The notes beneath the pieces are model-generated. The model had not been told where the DNA came from. It saw only the letters and a program-made list of their open reading frames with translations, and did not search any database. Shown piece by piece: positions 11,221 to 23,784 of a stretch of DNA of 64,000 bases. This DNA comes from Somniosus microcephalus (lineage: Eukaryota): assembly GCA_052327205.1 (NCBI GenBank), contig CM126224.1, forward strand, positions 29,078,001-29,142,000, read 5' to 3'. The position numbers were made by a program, and so were the translations under genes. Position 1 is the first letter of the stretch; every line of letters starts with the position of its first letter.

Positions 11221-14200
11221 GTTAGGATATGGGCAACAGAGTTTTGGATGAGATGAAGTTTATGGAAGATGGGAGGCTGGCCAGGAGAGCATTGGAATAG
11301 TCCAGTCTGGAGGTGACAACGGCATGGATCAGGGTTTCGGCAGCAGACGGGCTGAGGCAGTGATGGAGACGCACGATATTACAAAGGCGGAAGTAGACGG
11401 TCTTTGTGATGGAGAGGATGTGGGGTCAGAAGCTCAGCTCGGGATCAAATAGGATGCGGAGATTGCGGGGACACAGCTTCAACCTGAGACTGTGGGCATG
11501 GAGGGAGTCGGAGTTGGTAGTGGGGGCCAAAGACGATGGCTTCGGCCTTCCCGATGAAATGGCAGACATGCAGGCTGACAACACAGCCGCAGTGGAGGGG
11601 TCAAGAGAGATGGTGGAGAAGTAGATCTGGGTGTTGTCAGCGTATATGTGAAACCTGATGCCATGTCTTTGGATGATGTTGCTGAAGGGCAGCATGTAGA
11701 TGAGGAAGGGGAGGGGGCAAAGATAGATCTTTACCCTAAATATATCTTGTGCTGTGCATGACCTGAGAGTATTACTTATTGACAGCGAGTTGAAAAGAAT
11801 GTCCCATTCTGCAGCACTGACATACCACGCTGCCTTATCAGAAAAGAGGTGCCTAACCCTATACTAGGAAGAAGCATCAATGTATATAATTGCTCCAAAA
11901 TGGTGTACACACCATAAGGCCACCAGAATTTAAATGCACCTCATTTCCTCCATCCCTGTTATTTTGCCTTTAGTTGTGACGGCAAGGCAATAAAAAAATC
12001 TTTATGCGCACCAGATACAATTAAGCCAAACTTGAGTCTCTGTGGGGTAAGAAACAGGAATAGCCAAATTTTTTTTTTTTAATTGAGAAACCTAAGTGAA
12101 GGGCCAAAGCTCACAGAGCAGGACAGCATCACGTTTGAAAAAAGATCAGATAAATCAAGAAGCCTTAATTGGGTAGGTCATTCCTGGGTCCAAATTCAAT
12201 TTAGTGTTCATCACCAGTGAACTATTATTACATTTCACTCTGTGTCCGGTTTTATTGACTGATTTAAAAAAAAAAAAGTCTGGTAGGTCCAGACTGAGGT
12301 GAGGAGAAGATGGCAGTTAGACAAACTATAACTAACTGCAGTCTATTATTCATGAACTGTTCTAATTGCTGCACTTACAGTCCTAATGTAAACATCCAAA
12401 AATGTTTGCAACTTCTGTAATACTTTGTGTCATCTTTTTAATGTTTCTGATGAGTAACAAGCTGTTAACATAATGAAGCTGCATGAATAATAAGCTCCTT
12501 CACTATATCTTAATCTTAATGCTAATTGCACACGCAGAATCAGCGTGATAAAACACAGCCATGTGTCTCTGAGATTACCAATTAATGCCACAATCCCATC
12601 GGTGACAGAAGATTAATGCCATCCTTGCTGAAATAACTGTCAGTCACATCTGTTTGTAAACCTGGACCAATGCTTATTCAGAGAAACATCCCAGCAGGAA
12701 GTACCATGTGAGTGTGTTGCTGGGTTGGATAATTATGTAAAGTGCCACTGGTATGAGCAAGATCCAACTCTTTATACATCCAGAAAACATATCCTGGTAA
12801 AGAGCATTACCCTGAAAACGGAAAAAGCACATTGAAAATGAAGGAGCACAACCAGCAGAAAACATACAAATTGGTTTATTCCAATGAAGCGCACAAAATG
12901 TCATTCAGGAACTGTTAGTAGACAAAAATGATTTTAGTAGTCATAGAGTAAATCCTTAGTAAAAGCCATATAGGAAAAATTAGCTCTGTTTGTTAAAGAC
13001 AGAAACAGTTAATGTGTTAAAGGGAGAACAGATATACAACAGCTAGGTGTTACTAGCAGATTAATCCTCTCCCATTTATTAACTTTCCAAAAGGGCTTCT
13101 CTGGTTCCCTGAAAAGGCAATGAGCATAGAGTTCCATACTCCTGCCAGCAAGGAAGGAATAAGTCAAATGGCATATTTTGGTGAGATGTACGGCATAGAA
13201 AAAAATTCTTGGACTAACTACCTTTTGATGAGCTGCTGTCAGCCATCCTGACCGAGAGAGGATTAGTCTTTTTGGAGGCACTAAATCCATTGGAGGAAGG
13301 GAAGATTGGAAGACATCCTCCTCCCAAATAAATAACAATATGCCAGATGACATAGAAAAAGAGATGACAGACAAGAAGACACAAAAACAAATACTTAAGG
13401 CAAATCACTTTATGCTTTGAACATTCCCCAAGTCTGATCAATGTTTTATTTGCTGTACATTATAACAGCTCTGAGCCGAGGAGAAGCATTAGCAAATGAG
13501 GAATAAGAAATTCCAAGGTCATAAAGAAAGTCATGCTGGATGTCAAGTAAGGCATTCTCATAATATTCACTTGATTGCATACACTAGCATTCTCCATGGT
13601 ATCCCATGCTCTTTCATAAACTAAATCCAGTGTCACCCTACAGAACCCAGCACATGCAGGTATCCATTCCAAGACCACATTAGCAACAGTATGAGTCCAT
13701 CCAGTGAAAACAGGGTAGAAGAAGCAGTGCATTTTGGAAGATGGAACCATTCGAATGATAGCAGATTCAAGCATTCCCATGTGATTAAACAAGCAACCCA
13801 ACAGGCACTAAACCCTAGAATGAAAGCACTGATGGTTCCCCGCAGATCTAAAAAATAATGTAGCATACAGTCTATTTACAAAGTAGTTATATAAACTCCA
13901 TTATGTGCATTTAATTACAACCCATGTTTAGAGTCCAGAAATATTCTATATATAAACTGAATGTGACCAGGTAAAAGTGATTGATGCAGCTCTTTATCAT
14001 GCATATTCTTATTCAGGCTGGTTAGTTTGTTGTTATACAGTGCATAAAACTGAAAGGAAACACCGGAGTGTTGATGACTTTGTCAAAAATAGCAATAAAT
14101 TTGGCTAAAACTACTTATAATTGTCAGTTTTTCCTCATGGTTTTATAAAACCATTTATTTTAAAATTAAGGTAATGTTCTATTTTAATAACCAAAATATT

Positions 14201-14489
14201 TCAACTTTGAAGTTTTCTTGTTACTTGGCCTCGTAAGTGAAATGATTGCATTCAAGTTCCGTTGAAAATCACCAACCCATGAAATCCTAGCGGGTTAATC
14301 AAAGGTATTTATTTGAGCAAAAATTTGCTGTAAATGTTAATCATATTTGCAACACAGACTTGGCTTCAAGTCCTTCTACCTAGCGCTAGTCTTTTAGTAG
14401 ATAAAATAGGGCACGCAATGTTCTGTCCTGGAGCTGCAAGAGTCAAAGTAGTAAAAGGCGCAAAGTATATATGCAATGATTCAATCTGA

Positions 14490-15195
14490 ACCTGTACAAA
14501 CAGAGGGACCTTGGAGTGCATGTCCACAGATCCCTGCAGGTAGCTGGACAGGAAGATAAGGTGGTTAAGAAGGCATATGAGATACTTTCCTTTATTAGCC
14601 GTGGCATAGAATATAAGAGCAGGGAGATTATGCTAGAACTGTATAAAACACTAGTTAAGCCACAGCTAGTATAGCTCTGGTCACCACATTACAGGAAAGA
14701 TGTGATTGCACTAGAGAGGATACAGAGGAGATTTATGAGGATGTTGCCAAGACTGGGGAATTTTAGCTGTGAGGGACGATTGGATAGGCTGGGGTTGTTT
14801 TCTTTGGAACAGAGGAGGCTGAGGGGAGATTTAATTGAGGTGTATAAAATTATGAGGGGCCTTGATAGAGTGGATAGGAAGGACCTATTTCCTTTAGCAG
14901 AGAGGTCAATAACCAGGGGGCATAGAATTAAAGTAATTGGTAAGAAGGAGTGGAGTTGAGGAGAAATGTTTTCATCCAGAGGGTGGTGGGGGTCTGGAAC
15001 TCACTGCCTGAAAGGGCGGTAGAGGCAGAAACCCCCATCGCATTTAAAAAAGTACTTGTAGGTTACGGCACTTCAAGTGCATATCCAAGGCTACAGACCA
15101 AGAACTGGAAAGTGGGATTAAGCTGGATAGCTCTTTTCCGGCTGGCACAGACACGATGAGTCGAGTGGCCTCCTTCTGTGCTGAAAATTTCTATG
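14490..15195 (+). mobile_element. CR1 LINE 3' fragment
   Basis: ALERIQRRFMRMLP...RRLRGDLIEVYKIMRG; RVVGVWNSLPERAVEA. Confidence 0.85.
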
Positions 15196-15769
15196 AAGCT
15201 TTAATAGACAGAATAGCTGCAGCATCAGTGCCGAAGCTGTAACTTATATTGCACAATGTACTCGGACTCTTCTTCAACAGGTTCGGAGTTTCTAATTTAC
15301 TGCAAGTTTGCTTTTACAACCATCTTATTTTAGGAGAAAATGGCTGGGATTTTGCTTAGGCAAAATCAATTCTTTAGATTGGCCATTGAAATCTTACTGA
15401 GTACTCCTTGGTTTATCATCACTTTAATCTTCTAGTTTTGGATAAATCTCTTGCATGTTTAAACTCTGACTGTGCCAACTATGGGACACTGCAGCTTTAA
15501 AAATACTTCTTTCCCCAATGTGCACAGATTAATGACGTGGAACCATTAGAGAAATGCTTACCAGTACCATTTGTTAGGAAAATGGTCCATTTTCATTGTG
15601 GAAATCAATCTTGGGAAGGTATGGTTTGTATATGTAAATTGTTAATGACTGTAGTTAACTCCTAGATACCTGAAAATCACAGTGTGATGACTTGGCAATC
15701 AACAGTATAAGTACACAGACCAGACTAGGAGCTTCCACTAGATGCACCTACACTACTGCAGTTCAGGGG

Positions 15770-16092
15770 TATCAAGACCATAGTTATGGAGTCAAGATTA
15801 AGGAGCCACTTAAGCATGATTTTAAATGTAAGAGATTTAGAACTGAGGACAGGAGAAGCCTCGTCACACAGAGTTGTGAGGTTGTGAAACTCAGTTCCAG
15901 GGCTAGTGGTTGAGGCAGAAAGTGTCAACATTCAAGATTGGATTGGTTCGGTGGATGAAGGAAAAGGAATTGAATGGATATGGGAACAGGGTGAGTAAAT
16001 GTGATTCGAACTATTTGCTTGCGTGGAGGGTAACCGCTGACCTGGACTGGTTGGGCCAAATGGCCTGTTTCCATGTTTTTACTTTTATGTGC
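15770..16092 (+). mobile_element. Old CR1 3' fragment
   Basis: Decayed ttaaatgtaagagatttagaactgag...cacagagttgtg and 3' UTR ggttgggccaaatggcctgtttcc. Confidence 0.6.
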
Positions 16093-16579
16093 TAATGACT
16101 TTAACATCAGTGAAATTGTACTTTCCATCTAGCAGTAGGACTACACTTTAATTTTTTCCTATTCCTTTGTGAACTGGCAGTGGATCTCGGAGCAGGAATA
16201 CGGCGTAAGATAATACTGGCAGGGGAGACTCACAATTTATTAGAACCTTAGCAGAGAAAAGACTGATAAAATGAGAATGCTCTGCCTCAATTAAATACTT
16301 TGCACAGTAACCTAACTGAGAATGGTGGAGGCCGCCACACATTTAGAGAGTGGACTGGGGTGTCAGCTCAGATTCCAACATGTGTTCAACAGGACAAACT
16401 AAGTATTGTAGCCATTCTACTGCTGGACAACATCAGTTGTGAAACATTAGGACCACCAAAGATTTGCCTACAAACTTCCAACAGGATGAAATTTTTTTTT
16501 TTTACTTGTATAGTATTCCATACATATTGTCACAACACATCCCTCCCTGGTACATAGATTTGGAAGGACTTGAGCAAAT

Positions 16580-16699
16580 CTAGCACCAGACAAACTCTGT
16601 CTTAGGCTCCTCGGTGTCCATGTGCAGGATTAGATAGGACAAGAACTGAAAAAGATTTTGCCAAAGCAACATTGAGCAGAAGAAAGAAAGGTCGCTTAC
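16580..16699 (-). CDS. Intron read-through alternative C-terminus, CRB1-B-like (hydrophobic segment + acidic tail)
   Basis: In-frame continuation past the donor gives VSDLSFFCSMLLWQNLFQFLSYLILHMDTEEPKTEFVWC*. The WQNLFQxLSYLIL motif matches the human CRB1-B tail as recalled. AATAAA on the minus strand at 16236-16241. Confidence 0.82.
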   Translation of the reverse strand, partial: VSDLSFFCSMLLWQNLFQFLSYLILHMDTEEPKTEFVWC

Positions 16700-16826
16700 A
16701 TCAAGCTCGCACTGTTCGCCTGCGAAATTGGCTCCACAAATGCATTCAAACTTGTTGACCAGGTCCTGGCAGGTCCCTCCATTCTGGCAGGGGTTTGGGT
16801 CACACTCATTGACTTCTTGTTCACAT
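16700..16826 (-). CDS. CRB2: Crumbs-family penultimate exon (127 bp; last EGF)
   Basis: ttttttttag|A TGT GAA CAA ... GAG CTT GAT|gtaagc; CEQEVNECDPNPCQNGGTCQDLVNKFECICGANFAGEQCELD; phase 2 to 0. This frame is not in the ORF track. Confidence 0.93.
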
Positions 16827-17744
16827 CTAAAAAAAAGTTTTCAAGGTGGAAATTCAGTAAAGAGAGACAAACCAGTCCCTTTCCCAAAGTGATCTTGTGT
16901 GGTTCAGACTGCTAGTCATTTGTAATGTCTATCAGTTTGTTTCCTGCATTCTGGAATTCACACAAATGTAACTGACAACATTGTTCAGTACTTTACCTAA
17001 AAAACCCTAGTTTAGAAATGCCGTCTTATAGCACCAATACTAATATGAAGGCAATGGTTTATAATTGTCTTTTTCTCATAGTAAGGAAAAACTGGTTACA
17101 TTCCAAACCTTAAAAGGATTAAAATTAATTTCAAAGTAATCACATACATACCTTCATCAATTAATAAAGTAGGTAGTGCCATTTTTAAAATTTTGAGGGC
17201 AATACTTTGATAAATGTAAACTTTCTGGAGCACACGACTCCCATTTCCAACTGTAAAGCTGAAGACTCCATAAGAGACTCATGGCATCCAGAACTTAGTC
17301 AGATCTATTGTCTTGATGAATGACTTTCCTTTTCAATCATGTGTGATAATTCAGAGGACAGTCTGTCCCCTATGAGGATGGAGTGACTGAATAAACATCC
17401 CAATTACAAGATGGAAGTTGTCTCGAGATGTTTAAGTGTTTAGATATGATGACCAATACATTGACGCACTTCTAACAGGTGGTAGGTGATGCAGTGTGCA
17501 GGATTTCAGTATTTTAATAAATTTTTGCTTGTTTTCTCCACTGCCCTGAAGGCATTAACAAGTGTTTGTCCCACCTGCAGTCACCATTCAGGTGGAAGCC
17601 TCAGTGCTGACTGTCAGCAGACTATTTGGCTACAGGTGTGGGTGGAGGGGGAAGGAAAGTCATCACATTCAGGCCTGCTCCTATAACCAGCTTCACAGGG
17701 GGCACGACGTATGTGTACTTTTAGCAGGAGTTGCTGGATATGTA

Positions 17745-19167
17745 CAATTTTAAAGGGGGTGCGAGACCTGAGGGTGTATATACATAAATCTTTGAAGGTG
17801 GCAGGACAAGTTGAGAAGGCCGTTAATAAAGCATACTGGATCCTTGGCTTTAGAAATAGTGTTATGGGGGGGGGGGCGATTTTAACCCCCAGAAATGTAT
17901 GGGTTTGGGCTGGGTAGGATGTAAAAATGCTAAAAACTTGAAACCCAACCCCAACCCGTCTACTTCCAGTTTTAACAGAGGTGGAATGGGGGCGAGCAAT
18001 CAACCCACTCGCAGGAGGCGGGTTGGTCAGTTAAATATTCAAATGAGGCTGCGTGCCTCAGAACTAACCACCATTTTAAATTTAACCCTGGTCGGCCGGG
18101 TTTCCCGGGCCTCGGGAAACCTGGCAGCTAAAGGGATGCGAGGACTGCTGGATCCAGGAGGCAAGTGCCTTTCCACTTACCTGCTGGATCCAGTTTACCT
18201 GCTTCATCCACCCCTTGCAATCGGACATCCCCACCCCCAACCTTTCTGATCTCTCTTCTGGCCTCCGATCTTGGCCCAGCCTCTGATCTCCCCTCTGCTC
18301 CGGACCCCGATCTTACCCCAACCCTGGCCGCTGATCTCCCCTCTGACCTCTAATCTCCCCCCCGACCTCCAATCTCCCCCCGCCCCGTCTGGCCTTTCTG
18401 ATCCCTCCCTCTCTCCTCTCTGCTCTCCGGCAACAAGCCAGCTTTTCAATCTGGCTGGCTGCAGCCGGGAAACGGAGACAAAAAATAGTAATCAGGTCCT
18501 GCCGTTAAATTCGGATTAACCTGAGCCCAACCACAAAATTGCTCCCCATGCTCCCTCCGAGATAAGATCGGGGCCATAAAGTGCAAAAGCAAGGAAACTA
18601 TGATAAACATTTATTAAACACTGGTTAGGCCCCAGCTGGAATATTATGTCCAGTTCTGGACACCACACTTTAGAAAGGATATCAAGGCATTCGAGAGGGT
18701 GCAGAGCAGATTTACTAAAATGGTATCAGGAATGAGGGACTTCAGTTACATGGATAGACTGGAGAATCTTGGGTTGTTCCCCTTAAAGCAGAGAAGGTTA
18801 AGAGGAGATTTGGTAGCGGTGCTCAAAAATCATGAAGGTTCTCCTTAAAAAGAGAAACTGTTTCCAGTGGCAGAAGGGTTGGTAACCAGAGGACACAGAT
18901 TTAAGGTAATTGGCAAAAGAACCAGAGACGACATGAGGGGAAAAACATTGTTATGATCTGGAATGCATTGCCTGAAAGGGTGGTGGAAGCAGATTCAATA
19001 GCAACCTTCAAAAGAGAATTGGATAAATGCTTGAAGGGGAAACATTTGCTAGGCTTTGGGGAAAGAGCAAGGGTTTGGGACTAATTGGGTAGCTCTTGCA
19101 AAGAGCCGGCACAGGCACTTTGGGCCAAATGGCCTCCTTCTGTGCTGTATCATTCTATGATTCTATA
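17745..19167 (+). mobile_element. CR1 LINE 3' fragment interrupted by a ~710-bp GC-rich insertion (17865-18575)
   Basis: RDLRVYIHKSLKVAGQVEKAVNKAYWILGF resumes after 18576 (aaagtgcaaaagcaagg...); (attctatg)n tail. Confidence 0.8.
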
Positions 19168-20161
19168 GTAATTGGGAGTGAAAACCCGAGCCAAATTTTC
19201 CCTTCCTAAACAAGGAGAACTAAAGCCAATTGCAGTACCTCTACCAACACCCCAGCTGAGAATGACTAACGGCACAGTTTGAGAACTGATCTGAGACCTC
19301 TCTGTTGTGTACTTACTGGATATACTTACTGAACCATGAGGGAAGTACAATATTTCCATATCTTCAATTAAAATATGTAACTATTATTTAATTATGAGTA
19401 GGAATGATCAAGGCCTAAAACTATGTCAGTGAATGGGAAAATCTGATTTTCATATTTTTCTATCATTTCAAATTTCTAAAAGTTGATGTTGTCTAACATG
19501 AATATTAAATACTGCCTCAATATTAGCGTTCTGATAATACTTAGCAATTATACAGCAAAGGGGTGCACGATATTTGAGATGCATAGTTTATGGTAAAGTT
19601 GCTCAGTTTAAAAATAAGGATCAACAAAAGGTCTTTCAGGCCAATGAACCTTCTGCTTCTACCCAACCAAATACAACTTCTATTGTCTTGAACTCCACAA
19701 ATTTATATTTTTACCATGTAACTAGGTAAAACGAGAGAAAACCTCAGAAGCAATTAAGTGGAAAAACACCAGGACATCGTTATTTAATTACAACCTGTTG
19801 CTTTCCACAAATGAAATTGTTGTGTTCCGGACAGGATTAAAGGCACAGTCCTATCTAGAGTATTTGATTATGGATATATTTATCACCGAGAAGTTTCTAC
19901 CCCTTTCACAATGAAACAGTCATACAGCCATGTTTTAATAAAGGAATAATTAACTTCAATTAAATTTTATGCCACATCTGTTATCTTATTAAAAATGTTA
20001 CATCTGCATGCGTTAGTCCAGTGATCCCCACCCTCTAATTCCACTTCATCTGAAGCCTGCACTTGGTCTTGTTTCCCTCTGTGGAACATCACAGCAGATT
20101 GCTCTACTGTCTAGGCCTATACAGCCTTCTGGACTCAACATTGAGTTCAACAATTTCAGAC

Positions 20162-20444
20162 TACAGGAAACTTTCGAATAACCGGAACGCTCTATCCACT
20201 GGCAAAATTCAGGAGTCGGTTCAGGTAACTTTTTTTACTCCATTTGTTGCTGTGCAAGGGTGTAGCTGAAGCTACAGAGACGCTTGCAACTTGTGCCGAT
20301 TGTTTTGAAGCTAAGCAACAGGGTTTGTTGCTTTATACGGAGCTCTGAGCTCCGTATCTTTAACTATAGCGTTCGGTTATCCGGAATTGTTGATGAACCG
20401 GCACGTCGGTCCCGTCCGTGCCGGATACCAGAAAGTTTCCTGTA
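20162..20444. mobile_element. TA-flanked MITE, second copy
   Basis: Same TIRs and internal sequence as 9388-9694. Confidence 0.8.
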
Positions 20445-20760
20445 TAACCCCTGCCCCCATTTTTCAGGCAGCTGTTGATGATTCTGCCATCCCCATTTGC
20501 AACATTTAACCACTCCTGCCTCATACCCTAGCACAGACTGTTCCTTCAATTCCTTCCTCCCCCCCACCCCCCTTTCCCTGTCTCTGCACCTGCTTAAAAT
20601 GTGTTACATCTCTAACCTTTTCCAGTTCTGATGAAGGGTCACAGACCTGAAATGTTAACTCTGTTTCTCTCTCCATGGATGCTGCCTGGCCTGCTGAGTG
20701 CTTCCAGCATTTTCTGTTGTTATTTCAGATTTCCAGCACCCGCAGTGTTTTGCTATTGCT
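20445..20760 (+). mobile_element. Penelope-like terminal-repeat fragment with hammerhead motif
   Basis: ctgatgaagggtcacagacctgaaatgttaactctgtttctctctcc...cctgctgagt; homologous to 44140-44260 and 47314-47480. Confidence 0.65.
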
Positions 20761-21484
20761 CTACTGTCTAGTCTTACTTGAAGTTTGTTAGCATTGTAGG
20801 GGTGTATTTTTAGTGTTGAAAACACAGTCCACGTTAATAGAAAACTTATTTCTGAAAAATGGGAATATACCAAGGAAAATTTTTATTAGAAGGAACTCGG
20901 GGCAATATTACATATTTAAATTTTCACACCTACCATATTCTCGCCAGGACAAACATTCATACGGCCTTTATTTTCATGAAAAATGGTAGCTGTGAAATTT
21001 GTGAAAATAACACTTTTATAGATGCTGTTGAACAGTGTTTTAACAACCTGAATATTCTCTACTCTTGATCTCTCTAATAAGATATCTAGACATGTTAACT
21101 TATACAAGCTAGGAATTGCAGGTAAACAGTGTAATGCTTTGAAATTTTGCTGGGTGATGTTTGAAAAGTTTCTGTATATTTTTTTGCAAACAGTGCAAAA
21201 TATTAATGGGAAATGTCTTTACACTATTGTGTCCTTTTTAATCTTGGCATTAACCCCTCCCCTCCAGCCATACCCATCTGCTTACTCATGCCCACCTTCT
21301 GAATAGGCTCCACACATTTGTGCAACCGACCACATGTAGTAAGAAACTAAAATACATTAGAGTTCCAAAAACACTAATAAGATATGAACTGTGCCACCAT
21401 ACCAAGACAAGAAGCAAATTCGTTTATTAAAATAGGGAAACCAAGTGAGTAATAGATTTGTTGGGCCTTAATGACTGTCATTAC

Positions 21485-21601
21485 CTTTCTCCGGTAAAGC
21501 CTGGTCTGCAGGTACAATTGGCACCCCAGAATCCATCAGTGCAAAGCCCTCCATTGTTACAGCTGAAACTCTCTCCACACTTGACTGGTGGGTACAACCA
21601 T
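21485..21601 (-). CDS. CRB2: Crumbs-family internal exon (117 bp; EGF)
   Basis: ttttttcag|A TGG TTG ... GAA AG|gtaa; WLYPPVKCGESFSCNNGGLCTDGFWGANCTCRPGFTGER; phase 2-2. The length matches the CRB2 exon as recalled. Confidence 0.92.
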
Positions 21602-22659
21602 CTGAAAAAATTAAGAATCTTTTCATTCACAAGCAAATTAGATTTCACTACAAGGGCTGTTTCATGCACAAAAACACAAGTACAATAGACTCTTGCGTGT
21701 TCAGAATGCATAACATATTTTTGTGTCATTTGTCTCCTGTCAGCTGTATGCTATTTGCACAGCATACAACACCAGTTTTGTGAGAGAAACACATCATTTA
21801 TTCAGATTCTATCCTTGCCTGAGACGCTGGAAGCTAAATATCAGCTCGTCCTGCTAATATTAACCTTTCTATATAATAGACATACAACTTGTCAGTTTAG
21901 AGCAGACAGAACAGCTCACCACAAGGACAGATGTGATATTAGTGAATTCTCCCTATATGTACTTAAAGTTTTTTCTAATTCACTTGTGTTTTCAAAGGTA
22001 CTGATGGTTTAGTTTTAAGTTTAAATAGAGAATTATAGTCCAATTCTTTTTCTTTTTCTCCAATGTTTCTCTCCAATATTCTCTCCTTATCTCGCAACCA
22101 CCCCCCCCCCCCCCCCCAAACACAGTCATTTATATTGGGATATGGTACTGTCCATCCTCGTGGTACCCTGGCTAATAAAGTGCTGAGAATTTCTATTAAT
22201 TTAATGTGAATGAATTTTTCTAATCCTGTTGCTGTTCTATATTCCTGTGTAATACACACGCCAATATTTTCATGGTGTTACAACCAGATATTCTGCAGTG
22301 CCTCAAATGCTTTGATTTTTCTATGAGGAAAGACCTCAAATATATGGAAAAAGCCAAGCCAGCATCGCTTATATTGACCAGGAATTCTATATCTGAAGCT
22401 CTGAAGTGGTACTACTTGTGCTGGAGAATTTGTAATTCTAAGTCACAAACTTGGGAAGGGAATTTTTCAGTATTTTATAAATTTAGTACTTTACTAAAAT
22501 TGTAAAGAATTTGTTTTCTTCCAAGACTTTTACTTGTATATATCCATTCCATTTGTCACATACATCAGGGTACAAATAAAACAATTTAAATGAGTTTATC
22601 GGTCAAGTACTAGGTATATTTAAATTAAAACAGCTCACCTTCATTGAATGTCAAATCTG

Positions 22660-22960
22660 TAGAAACATAGAAGATAGGAGCAGGAATAGGCCATTCGGCC
22701 CCTCGAGCCTGCTCCGCCATTCAATGCGATCATGGCTGATCATCCAAACTCAGTACCCTGTCTCTGCCTTCTCCCCATATCCCTTGATCCCTTTAGCCTT
22801 AAGAAATATATCTAACTCCTTCTTGAATATATTTAATGAATTGGCCTCAACTGCCTTCTGTGGTAGAGAATTCCACAGGTTCACCACTCTCTGGGTGAAG
22901 AAATTCCTCCTCATCTCTGTCCTAAATGGCTTACCCCTTATCTTTAGGCTGTGACCCCTG
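22660..22960 (-). mobile_element. CR1 3' fragment
   Basis: RGHSLKIRGKPFRTEMRRNFFTQRVVNLWNSLPQKAVEA. Confidence 0.85.
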
Positions 22961-23265
22961 TAAACAATCATTAACAATGGAAGAATCAGATAAAATCTTT
23001 AAATTCTTCAGTTACTAATGTATTGCTTTAAAATTCTGCTTTCTTTCCATTTAATTCCTTACAACACCATCTTCAAATACCTCCATTTAGGAATTCGATG
23101 AGCAATTTTGAGACTGTTTCATGACTCTGCTGGAAGAATTGGCAGGGCATGGGTTCAGATAAAATATTAGTCCTGTGGTGGGGCACCAACTGAGAACTGA
23201 CCAGATCAAAAAGATGTTGTCATGTCTGGTACCATAAAGATTTGTACACATTGTCCAGAGGAAAG

Positions 23266-23493
23266 TGTCATAAATCTCATCCTCATAAAGAAACTACTCA
23301 TGAAATAATGCTGGATGGCCAGCTGGTGGCGCCGTTCAAGGAGTATAAATACTCGGGCGTGGGCCTAGCTTGCCAGGGACATTTTGTAAGACAGGAACTA
23401 GTGAAGTACAACTAGACCTCCATGTTCTGAAACAAGTTGATTAAAGCCTTGCTTTATACTCAAGCCAAGTGTGTAGTGAGTTTTATTATGTCA
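23266..23493 (+). mobile_element. Solo LTR, same family
   Basis: TG...CA ends, internal gagtataaatactcggg and gattaaagc; TSD not clean. Confidence 0.7.
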
Positions 23494-23784
23494 AAGTGTG
23501 GACAGCAGCTTGTAGTGCATACTGATAGTGCAAGTATTCAGCCAAAGACAGGTAGGCTCATGTATCTGTCTCTGCTTTACCATGAATTTACAATGATCAA
23601 CTGAAGTGCGCAAGGCCTTTAAAACAACTAGCGTTAAAGTAGTAGGAATCACAGACAAAGATAACTTAGATATCAGAGGAGTCGGGCAGCAATTCCTATT
23701 CTTAATTCCTACTACTTTGGTGCTAGTTGTTTTAAATGCCTTGGTCAATTTGAGGAGTTCCAGTATGTAGAACAGAACGCTTAC

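Larger units (their letters stand above)
9971..11720 (-). mobile_element. L2-type LINE 3' fragment hosting nested CR1 and solo-LTR insertions
   Basis: IIQRHGIRFHIYADNTQIY and LADLRWLPVGQHLQFKILILIFKSLHGLTPPYL are L2 ORF2 motifs; (gtt)n tail near 9971. Confidence 0.75.

Noticed and set aside
12600-13900. Cluster of hydrophobic minus-strand ORFs in the last intron as further alternative TM exons
   Set aside because: No recognisable homology and no convincing phase-0 acceptor plus TM plus tail arrangement was identified.
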